The notes under the pieces were generated by a model. That model worked only from the letters and a program-made list of their open reading frames with translations. It did not search any database and had not been told where the DNA came from. Position numbers and translations under genes: made by a program. Below, in pieces: positions 39,264-50,958 of a stretch of 64,000 nt of DNA. How positions within the stretch are numbered: position 1 is the first letter of the stretch; the number at the start of each line of letters is the position of its first letter. This stretch comes from Trichoplax adhaerens (Eukaryota; Animalia; Placozoa): positions 1,357,199 through 1,421,198 of the forward strand of contig NW_002060947.1 in NCBI RefSeq assembly GCF_000150275.1. Reading direction: 5' to 3'.

Positions 39264-40510
39264 GCTATTACATATTATTCATGGTGTTCTTTGAATGTCA
39301 GCTATTTCTAATGGAATGTTATCATTGCTTACATTTCTTCATCAATTCTTTTTACATTTTTCCGATAATTATTTTTACAGTCCTTCTACTCCTTTCGTAA
39401 TATAGTAAAACTGTAAAATTATTTACAATATAACATCCAAATTTAAGAGCATTTATTAAAAAGATGCGAAAAGAAAAATTTTGCACTCATGTGAATTGAT
39501 AACAGTACTGTCTACGAGCATGGCAATAGATTTATACCCCTCCATATGTAAAATAACAAAATTTTCCAGTTATGTAATACACATTGTAGACAATTAAGGC
39601 TTATATGGCAAAATAATTTTGATTTTAAACTAGACATTTTGATGCAATATTGAATTAAAGGAATTTTTCGTGAAATAGAGTGCAATTATCTGCTACTATT
39701 AGCAATTTAAGATAGATAACTCATTTAATTTCTGAATCCTTTCAGTAAAAAATATTTCTTGTACGTAAAATCGTATCGACCTAATGGATAGCATTTGCAG
39801 ATAATACTGCAGTAATTTATATACAATTCACTCCATAAAGTACCAAGTAATTTATCGTGAGACTAACGATATCGAAATTCTATCGTATTATCTAGGAACA
39901 GTTTGATCGATTTTTAAATTTTTCTCATCATTCTCTACGCAATGCGACCTTTATCCTTAGTTTAATTTTTATATAAATAAGTAATTAAAGGCGTTAAGTA
40001 CGTAAATAGTCATCTGAGTAACATGAAATACTATAAAATTTAATTATATCGAATCCAGACTATGGTATTATAGCCATCAACCTGAGAATCATGCCATGAA
40101 TTTCTCTATTAAGTAAACAAAAATTATGAGCGTAAAGTAAGCACAAATCTTTGACCTTGTATTTCGGGTAATATAACTAGATTATTTAAAATGAACATTC
40201 AGACTATGTCTTTGATGTTGCGAGATGTTATATTCAAATAGTTGTAGATTTTTTTATTTAAATTACTTAAATGATTGCTATCTGCAGATCTATTATGGGT
40301 TCTTATTGTTCATACGAGAGCTAAAATTATTCCAGTAGCAGCTTTTCAGCTCTATATGTATCTATGCGTAAACCGTACCTGCAATGGACATTTTTGAAAT
40401 ATTTAAGACATTATACGAAGATACAGTGCATACTTGTATTCGACTAGCTTAATCCATCATTGAATATATAGAAGAAAGAAGTGTTGAGCAGTGAAGGCAT
40501 TTTATTTCTA

Positions 40511-40900
40511 GTTCTCGAAGCTAAGCCTTCTTCCCAGCAAGAGGCTTGAGGGGTATCATTTTATCCATCTTAAGCCCTAATTAGCAGGAAAGGTAGTAAT
40601 TTAATATCCCTTATTGACCGTAAGCCAGAGCTGTCTTCCTTGAAGGGGAGAAGTAATATACCGAATATAAACAGACTTCTAAGCTAAAAGAAATTTACTA
40701 CTTCAAATCATGCTTAATTCACCACTTGATCATGTTAGATGTGTAAATTAAATTAGTGATACGAACCATTTTTTCAGATCCATTCAATTTTATTCCGCAC
40801 AGCGGCACAATTACTGCAATAAAATCTTGATTTTGTGGGTGACATTTCAATATATGCTATATAAGCTTCAGAAACTAGTAAGGATTTACGATTTTGCACA
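40511..40900 (+). pseudogene. Decayed cadherin-repeat-like exon remnants
   Basis: Fragments PLLTV/ARA, GEVIYRI*, and after a TTTTTTCAG acceptor DPFNFIPHSGTITAI(frameshift)NLDF...YAI*ASE (compare GEVxYxI, FxIxPxSGxI, LDxE, AxD). Confidence 0.38.
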
Positions 40901-41150
40901 TAATCGCAAGTTTTAGTGGTCATGAAAAGGAAAATAATCATAGGAAGGCAAACTACTAATATTGAAAATTAAAATGTTTCATTTGATATCTTAATATTTA
41001 TTTCCCATCAAACTAAAGATCATTCTTTCTTCCCTTTAACTTGGCAAGAGTTGAAAAATATATGCTGTGTTTAGTTCAAAGTTTAGAATATATCCTTCAG
41101 TAAGATTTTCACGATTCAGTTTTCTTAATTTAGACAACACTTTTCTAGAA

Positions 41151-41580
41151 AATTCGGTGTTTAAAAATTTACAAGAGGAAATTAAGTATAAGTATAAAGA
41201 GTTTTTAACTGATATTGACTATAATATACCCGTATATCAAAAAGGAATATAAAATTACGTTCGAAACTAAATGGTAATGTAAAGCTGCTTAGCTAATTCG
41301 GTGTTTAAAAATTTACAGTAGGAAATTAGGTATAAGTATAAAAGTTCTCTATTGATATTTACAATAATATACGCGTATATCTAAAGGAATTAAAATCATG
41401 TTCGAAACTAACTATTGATGTAAAGCTGCTGATCTAATTTGATCTTTAAAAATTTGCAACACGGAATCAATCATAAGTATTAAGAGTTTTCTATCGACAT
41501 TTATAGTAAAATACACTTACATCAAAAAGGAATTTAAAATTATGTTCAAAATTAACAAGTAACGTAAAGCTCCTTAGTTT
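41151..41580. repeat. Three diverged tandem units of ~143 bp
   Basis: AATTCGGTGTTTAAAAATTTACA...AAGTATAAAG...GTTCGAAACTAA...GTAAAGCTGCT starts at 41151, 41295 and 41437. Confidence 0.9.
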
Positions 41581-41752
41581 CGGCTCACATTTTACAATAT
41601 CGATCAGTTTTGCACAATGTATTAATAAATTATACGGGCAACTATAAAGTCAGCTGAAAAGTTATCACGCTTTAATATATGACCTTTATCCTAATAAAGT
41701 TGTCAGCTAATCCTACAATGCAGCTAATTTGGCTCTTCTTCTGTAATTGTAG

Positions 41753-44700
41753 GTTATAGTCAACAAACATTATCGAATTTAGAATGTTATATACGCCAAG
41801 GCAAATCCTATCGTGGATATCATAATAAAACGAGAAATGGAATTCCTTGCCAAGCTTGGAAGCTTCAAATGCCTCATTCACATCCTTATGGCCCTGAAAG
41901 TAACCCTAATGCCGGATTAATTAGCAATTACTGCCGTAATCCAAGCAGTTCTGATCGTAATAGACCATGGTGCTATACAGTGTCTAAAAATATTTCTTGG
42001 GATTATTGCCAAGTGGAAAAGTGCAGTAAGTTTACCACACTATAGTATTACATTGATATATATCACTTAGCTATTCTCTGTTCTACCGGTTCGGCTACGG
42101 AAGTTAAATTATTTTTTCAAGTAAATTACTAAACTAATATTCTGTCATTAAAATATTAAAAATGCAAACCACTTGTTACGCTTTTAGTATTTCCCATTAG
42201 ATTATCATGCAATAACTATGTGAAATACTGCAATAGAAATATTATTAGAATTACAGCATCACTAGATTTACTTATGTATTAGACTGTCGCTTGTTTGATT
42301 GCTATATGATACATGTCCCATTCTTGATTAGATGAGGATTGTTACATCGGTGATGGTGCTAATTATCAAGGCACAGCAGCCATAACACAAAGTGGTCAAA
42401 AATGTCAAGCATGGCAAGATAATCAATTAAGTTCCGACGAATCACCCAATGCAAGGCATAATTACTGCCGTAACCCCGGTGGCACTAAAAGAAAACCTTA
42501 CTGCTATATATCTCAAGAATCAAAACGCTGGGAATATTGCAGAGTAGACAACTGTAAAGTTGGTAAGCACCCTAAGCTGTCAAACTATACATACAAGCTG
42601 AATTTTGCTTTCATAAAATAAACTTAAATTTAAAAGGCATTCTAGTCTATAAAATATCGTTTACGAATTGGAATTCATAATTTTGATAACACTGATATCA
42701 AGGCAATTCTATTCGTTAGAGGTTGTCTCTAAAAGGAGCTATTCAAAATTATAGCAACCAATGCCAATAGGCAGATATTATATTACAAAGCCAAGCCTTA
42801 AATTACCATAGATAATCTGTTTAGAAATCAGTAACTTAGGTAAATATCGAAATACTATGCTGCGGGATCATACTTTAGCGTAGACGAATCTGCTTAGACT
42901 TTTGTATTCGATATCTCGTATCTGCTTGCAAATTACATCGTTACATTAATGTCTAGCTAAGAATGCTTTATTGCTTATAACATAAGACCACATGTTATAA
43001 ATATATAATAAGTGCAGTTGTAGTAAGTTGATACTTGATCGATTTCTTTGGGAAAAAATATTAATTTATGATAGAAATACGGAAATTGTTAAGCATTTGA
43101 ACTAAACTAATTTAAAACCTGTTGTGATTATATTGTTAGTCAATAAAACGATCAACACGATGCCTACCGAGGAAAGTATCCAATTCTATCCTATCACTAG
43201 GGAATGTATGCTAGGTAAAGGTACAACCTATCGTGGCGGACAAGATCGTACAAAATCAGGACTAATTTGTCAGAACTGGTTGTCACAATATCCACATCGG
43301 CATTCATTTACACCAGCAGCTTATCCTGAATTTGGCCTTGGTGATCATAATTACTGCCGTAATCCAGATAATTCAAATGATGGACCTTGGTGCTTTACTT
43401 CATCAATTAGCAGACGTTCAGAAGCATGTAGCGTTCCCCGTTGTGGTAAGACCTTAATTTTTTAAATTGTTCTATAATTTCCTATATCATAACTTGCATG
43501 ATTTATGCAACCTTACATCTATTTTGATATGCAACAGTCTAACTGAATAAGTGGAATTGATATTTCAAGTTGATGAGCTCTTATTTAGATAAATGCATGT
43601 ACATCGACTTATTACGTTCGAAGTATCTAACTACATGTACATTCAATGAGCGACCAATGCATTCTCTTCCGCTTAAACCTAGGATGTACCCTGATAATAT
43701 ATAACCAGTATACCATCGTTTTCATACTCATTATCAAATTTAAGTTTATAGCGTCAATTTGCTACGATTTGAATCTTATGCATACCTTACAATATTTCAT
43801 TTCTCTAAATAGGTATGCACTTACATAATCACTACGGTATATTATCATTTTCCATATCCTTTCATTCGATTTAAATTGGTAGCATCAATTCGCCGACATC
43901 CTTAATCTTAATTAATATACAGCTCTTTCAATTCCACTATATGCGCATCTTTGATGAAAATAGCAAAATAGATTTCTTGCCCAATACTGTATAAATCATC
44001 ACGTTTATAATGCTAAAGTATGTCCGATTTGGATACTCGATATACGTAATCTAAGTTTTTCTCCAGAACCAAAGGATATATTTTCGTGTAAGCGTAGCAT
44101 ATATTAATTTTTGTAAGACTATTATTGTACTCTATAATCAATATAACTGCTATCAGAATCCTCGTGCTATGTTATTTTTGATATAAAGAACATTTTAGTA
44201 TTCGATGTAGGTCAGGATAGTATTATTTATTTGTTAACAGCACTTTATTATAACCCGCAGCTCCACCCGTAATTAATCGAGAATTGGCTAAATCACAAAA
44301 TGAAATATTGCCTAACGCTAGTAAACCTTGGAGTGTCTGCTGTCAAGCTGATGGATTACCCACACCAAACATAACATGGTGGACAGTAAATAGTGGTGAG
44401 AATAACTTAATGCTGCCAACTCAACGTGGTTGTTACATATTGGATTCTCGAATTCAAGATGGGAAAGCGCAACTACGATGTATAGCGCAAAATGTGGCCG
44501 GAAGAGATTCAATTACTATTGATGTTGTTATTCCAAAGTATCAACCAAGTAATCTATAATCTGAATAAGATAGAAATTTAATCAGATATCGACAATATTT
44601 ACAATTTGAAAAAGTTACAATTAATTGAATTACTCATGCAGTCAAGCAAAGGTTATTCTATGATGATTATATTAAAATTGAATTTACTAAAGCTTGATAT

Positions 44701-47700
44701 CTTCTGCCTATATTCCAGCATCTAAGCCCATGACAACGTCAGCAACATCACAAGATATTCAAACTATTCATCCTGAGGATAATACAATAATAAACATCAT
44801 TTTACCTTTAGGTATACTATCAATAATATGATAAATTAGTTTCGTGATTTATTGACTGCATTAATTCAACTATTATAAGTAAGATATTTTAGCACCATTT
44901 CCAGATAAATAAATAACATTTCGATTTCGATCAGTCATGTCTAAAATAACAAGTCAATACTAAATTTCATTCTGATCGAACTATTTTAATCAGGACCTAA
45001 TATTATTTTATGAATAGGTGGATATAGAAATATTTACAATTCTAATAATTCACCTAATAAAATAACAGGAGATTAATTTGTAACTCATTCTGTCCTATTT
45101 CACGGTCTTTAGGTATAACTACCTTATTGGTCTTGCTAATTATTGCGATATCATGTTTCGTGTTTGCCTATCGTGTTTTATTGCGCAAAAATGTTCGAAT
45201 AGAGCGAAACGGGGCCCATTTTCGTAGTGTAAGGAACGATGATGAAATGGCAGGCATTCGAGCTCATACAGAATTCACAGATATTGATCAATCATCGAGC
45301 GTATCCTCTTTTCGTCGACCATCAGAAAGAGCCAGTAGCATTTATGCTAGCATTACTTCTAACTTACCTTATCCTAAACATATGCATGTATCTAGAGGTC
45401 GGATAGCAATTGGTGAAAGATTGTTTGAAAGTACGATGCATGGTTCTATTCATCGTGGATCCGTATATAAAATTGTACCACATGAATGGAAATCTACCGT
45501 TCTTGTAAAGCAATTATCAGGTAAAAACAGATTGCTCTAAGGTTACATATAAAATTGCATTAAAAATGAATTAGATTTAGAGTATTTTGCTATTCGTAAA
45601 GTTTGCCTCTGCAATAGACAGCCAACATAAAGTGTCATATAGTTGGTTAATGATCTTCATGCTAATCATTTTTTATAGACGGTTGTACAATTCAGCAACA
45701 CAGTGCTTTCTATGATGAACTAAATATGCTATTGAAAATTGGAGCGCATAAAAATTTATTGTCGTTACTTGGAGCCAGCTTTGAATCTAAACATAGCAAA
45801 GGTAATATTGGCCGATTGATTGAAATTTATTTTTCATATATTTACAAATAAGAACAGTTGTCATCTCTCATGTCATGAAAATTGCATTATTTCGTCGAAC
45901 TTGCATGCTAATTTAACATAATACAGGCGAGATTACGTAAGATACTATTGCAAATAATTTGTGTTATATCACTTTATACTAAATATTTAATCGATTAAGT
46001 CTACTGACACAGCTAATTCTAGGTTATAATAATTTAAAGAAAACTTATAAACTTTTTAGGCCTTCAATAGGTATATAATTGTAAGATAAATAGAAATTAC
46101 TCTAGTTACCGGGGAAAAAATAGTATTACTTTAACACGATTAAAGCCTGTAATTTCAAATTGATTCTCAAGTAAAGAAAGTATCGCTACAGTATTCTATC
46201 TCATTCTACGCAATATGTAGTGCATTAATTCAAAATTTTTTTTTCTCTAATTTAGTAGAAGAGCTTTTCGCTATTACTAGAATCTATCAACAGCATTCTT
46301 CCTTATTTTACACAATTTGTAGACCATAAAACTACCTTGCAATTTCATATACTTATTTAATTCGAGAGTTTATTACTGCTATTAGAATATATCAGCCGTA
46401 TTCTATCTCGTTTACACGATACATAGAGTATTACCTTACTTGCTATTTCATTTCTCTGTTTTCATTAGAGAGTTTACTACTGATATTAGAATATGCCAGC
46501 TATGGAGACTTAGAGTCATTTCTACGGTACAAGAGAGAAGAATTTGAACCAAGTTTTGATTATAATGAAGCAGGATTCAATCTTGCTACTCTTGGAGATT
46601 TTGCATGCCAAATAGCGAAAGGAATGCACCATTTATCACGAATGGAGGTTGGGCTTTGATTCTATTCGATAGCATGATTTTTAGAAACTTGGCTAAAAGC
46701 AATAATAGCAGTAGAGAACTAGAACGCATCAACATTGGTTTATATCGACCAATATTCTGTAGAAAATTAGATTAAAGAGTAATGAGAAATCAACATCTAT
46801 ATACGTGCATTGATCAACATGATTTCTTTCTAGACAATTCATGGTAACCTACGAGCAGCGACCGTATTAGTTTGCTCTAACATGGTACTAAAAGTAGCTG
46901 ATTATGGAGTCCAAACTAATACGAATGAGATGCAAGGAGAAGAAGATTCGGAGACTACCGCTGCAAATAAGGTAGCGAGAGAAATACAGTAGGAAATTCT
47001 TGCATGATCGTATCCAAGTTCATCTAGAGCAGTAGAATCTGTGCAAGTACCAATCTTGACCACAGTCCAATTTTGAATAATTTAGGTTCAACTTCCAATC
47101 CGATGGATGTCTATGCAAACTTTAAGCGATGGGATTTTAACTGTTGAAAACGATGTGTACGCCAATAAAATTGCTTTAAAATTATTGTCACTAGAAGGTT
47201 TAATAGCACGAGATGATTATGCAAAATATAATTTGTAATTTATTTTTTCATTAGTTGGTCTTATGGCATTGTTTTGTGGGAATTATATACATTAGGTAAG
47301 TATAATAAAGGTGATTGGTAGCGATCATGTCCAGTATGATGTTGCATTTTACTTTGTTAGGATTAATTCATCTTGTCATTTCTATTTTTTTCAAGGGGAA
47401 TTGCCTTATTATAACATTGCCGACGATGTCGATGTATTATTGCATTATGTTAGTAGCGGCTATCGACTTAGCCAACCCAATCATTGCCCTGATTCAATGT
47501 AAGTGCTTATAGCCGAATTGAGTTGTTGTTATTGTGACCAAGAGACGGCGGAAATTGACAGTTTGGGCTCTATGTTGTATAGATATGATATCATGTTGGC
47601 ATGTTGGAAATCAAAACTAGCGGAACGAATAACATTTCAAGCAATTGTAGCCAAATTACGCGAAATTAAGGTTGCTGAAGTGTACCAACTTGATGATAGT

Positions 47701-47742
47701 GACCATCCTAGCTTGCAAAGGTGCGCTAGCACATTCCTATAA
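41753..47742 (+). CDS. Receptor tyrosine kinase-like protein: 3 kringles, Ig, TM, probable pseudokinase domain; signal-peptide exon not identified
   Basis: Kringle exons 41753-42025, 42332-42562 and 43140-43445 (each NYCRNP...P(W/Y)C). Ig exon 44261-44548 (CQADGLPTPNITW...LRCIAQNVAG). TM segment ILPLGITTLLVLLIIAISCFVFAY. Kinase motifs VLVK, IGAHKNLLSLLGA, EYASYGDL, QIAKGMHHL, HGNLRAAT, KVADYG, LPIRWM, DVWSYGIVLWELYTLG, YDIMLACW. Confidence 0.9.
46190..46500 (+). repeat. Degenerate ~105-bp tandem copies of the intron-end/exon-start of a kinase exon
   Basis: The exon start GAGAGTTTACTACTGATATTAGAATATGCCAGC (46468) is echoed by GAGAGTTTATTACTGCTATTAGAATATATCAGC (about 46364) and GAGCTTTTCGCTATTACTAGAATCTATCAAC (46261). 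Confidence 0.75.
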
Positions 47743-49100
47743 ATTAGTCTGGGAAATGGAAGTTTAATCTTTTGCAGTTTGTTTTATTTGTTATGGTGGA
47801 TAGCTAATCTATGTAGAATTTTTTAATTAGTATTACTAAGATGTAGTGTGGACGACTAAAATAAGCCAATTGAATAAGGCCTTGTTCTAGTGGTCCATGG
47901 CTGCATCAACTTGATGATTGTACCTATTTTGGCTCAAAATGGTATTTCAATACCTCTCGATAAATCGGTCAGAGAAATTGAAATACATGCAAGTCGTTCG
48001 TCATGATAGGAACAATTTCATGCTGTATAAATGTAAACTGCATACTTTAAGTTATAAAATTGCATACGCTTCAATATGCTAATGGACACATAAGAAGGGA
48101 TGTTTATCCACGCTTCAAAGTTATTTTAATTTGTTTCTTTTTTATGCAAATATTATATTATATAGCAAGTTTTCCTTAGAACAAATGATAGCTTTAACAA
48201 TTTTATTTTGCAACTAGGCCATTATGGTAGTTCTACTGTACAGAAGCATTTCTACTTTAATCTCATTGACTCTATACTCTTCTACTGTATATCTGAAAAC
48301 TACTGATTCTGGCCTAGGGATTGGGAGGGGGGTTGTTTTGGTAACAAATTTATTCTTGTCTTGATTGAATCAAGTATTTTCGTTAAGAAATCCAAGAATA
48401 GAAAATACTTATCTACTGCAGTTTCGTATAGTTTGATGGGTTGTTGACCTTTAGATTTTATTATATAATTGTTCAATATGATTGTTAATATTGCCTTTAT
48501 ATTCACTGTAATGTTATGAAATATAAAACGTCTTATTCTTGCATTGAAACTTCCAATATGGAAGCATTCCTTCAAGTTGAATAAAGTATAGTGAAAATGG
48601 ATAAAGTTCAGGTATTAAGCTATTCTTCATATCTCTTTTTAGATAGCAGCAATAATTAATATGATCGGTACGTCTGCTGATTTAGTACCAGTCTATGCTA
48701 TAGACTATTGCTAGTTTTGTCAACATTTCTTAATCGCTTCTGTCACCTAAGAGTTTAAAAGATATATGCAAAGTCAAGACAAGACCTGTGATATCCAATA
48801 AGCTACACGTTGTAGACATAGTTATCAGACACTAAAGTCAGTAAGAAATAAACTAGTTTGCAGCCAGTATACAATATGAATTACATGGCTATGGTCATTC
48901 GGACTCTATCATATGCACGCAGACAGTAATCGCGTGCCCACTGGAAACAGTTGGTCGATGTACAATAGTACAAATGCCCTTCAAAATAAATACAATTTTT
49001 CACCAGACACATAGTTTGTGGGGTTAATTGGAGACTCCAAAATATTCCTCATTGAAGCTGTTTCTAGTACAACCTCACTGTCATAATGCAATTGTCTAAT

Positions 49101-49211
49101 CATGGACTACTCCATACCTATCCGATCCCATGGCACGATAGGGGATAAAATGGAGTACAACACAATTCTCGATCACGGCTTGGGTATTGGGTAGTCCATC
49201 GGTAGTCCATG
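49101..49211. mobile_element. Candidate 111-bp MITE-like foldback element
   Basis: Perfect 10-bp terminal inverted repeat CATGGACTAC...GTAGTCCATG, TAAT on both flanks, and an internal stem TACTCCAT/ATGGAGTA. Confidence 0.4.
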
Positions 49212-50958
49212 TAATAATATGCCTTTCTTGTTATAGACTGTAGACGAGAGAGAGATAGCTGTTTTAGAGAAGAGAACTTTGTTACCCTAAGTCAGTCAGG
49301 TACAAGTTTCAGGAAGAGAATTGCTCACTTTATTTTCTATATTATTGCATATGTAGAAACAGGTTGAAGTTAAATGCGCTTAATCAGATTGATCTAAGTA
49401 GTTCGGGAACAAGTCTATGGATGGGACGGTCAGGTTTTAATTTTTTTGAAATCGGTCAGTCATTTTAAACCATTTCGATATGCTTAGCGTTAGTGGTCGA
49501 GTGAGGAGGCAGGTAGAGGAAGTATGCGGATCAATAGAGTAATAGAGTATAGTAGAAAGACCAGAAAAATGAATCAATTTGCGCAATTTTTTTCCTTTCT
49601 TGTACTGAACGCCCTTATTCACGTTCTTCTCTCGACCTTAGCTTGCACATACGGTACTAGCGAGTCAGACAGTTTTGATAGCTGCAGTTAGCTTTGACTT
49701 CTAAAAAATATAAACATTTAATATTACAACAATATCTATCAGTTAATAATATCTAGTTTTAAAGCACGCTACTTGGCAAATGCCGGGTGTAGATACTACC
49801 ACATAAGGTAGATTTTACCCTGCTACAGTAGTAAATATGGACATAAAATATGCTATGATGCAAAATGTAAATTGGAATTTTAAACCAACTTTAGGTTTTT
49901 TTATTGTAGCATTTTTGAGGAAATGAATGTCTCTAGTTTGAACTTCTCTAGCTTATTTTTGAGGGTATTACAACCAATTTGGTTATAACATTGGGCAAAT
50001 TGAAATCTTCCCCTACAATCTGTCCTACAACTCGGTTAATGACGTCTATCGTTGCAACGCGTTGTACATTACTGTTACATAGGCGCGTGGAATACTTGAA
50101 ATTCCTACTTAAAATTTGTAGTAGTCCATGATAGAGCGGGAAATTCTCGATAGAATAAGAGAAATAGAATTATTATCCATAAGTTCCTGCAGTTATTTTA
50201 AAGCTAGCTATTTTAAAAGTGATTAGCTTAGGACATTATGATCGAGGTATCAGGATAGAAGAAAGAGAAATCCCAGATCACGGACGGACAGAAAAGGATG
50301 TCCATTTCGCCTTTCAAGTATAGAGTTTTAGGATGCCTCGATGTGTCCGACCGTCCATTGTCCAATCCAATCGCCATTCAGTTGATGATTTGTAGTGATT
50401 CTAATTGGTACGTCCGGCGGTCTGGCACCTCTGTAGCGCACCAGCTTAATGTCATAGTAAAAGCGACTTACCACACGGTCATGCGCAATCGTACTTTTAA
50501 GGAAGTGAATCAATTTGGCTAGAAAGTAATCGCAATCTTGCTGCTGCAAACTTCCACTATGGCTAGCGATCACTTTCATCATTGATACGAATCAACTGAT
50601 TTAAGTTGAGGATATTATAGGGTTATAGTCAATCTGTTTTTAAAGCATCTTGTTGAGAAAGTTAGACGATAGGTGAGTTAGAGAATTGAGATGTAAAAGA
50701 TAGCCACGTTGACGTGGTGATGGGACAAGATCAACCATTGTATTGTCCTTCCATTGATTTATTGATTGAAATTATCAACAAGATTAAATAAATCTTCATC
50801 ATACTTACCGTGAATATCTTTGCTCGCTGTTAATCTACAAGTAATCAGATTAAAGATTGCACAATATACTAGTGTTTAGACGCCATGATCTAGTCGATGA
50901 TATCCTACTCGTTTTCATCAATGTCGTGTGTATTTCGTAGGTGATCCAGTAAATCAAA

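Noticed and set aside
41753-47742. Naming the receptor ROR or MuSK
   Set aside because: No Frizzled CRD seen, three kringles, and kinase motifs not ROR-like; orthology is unproven.
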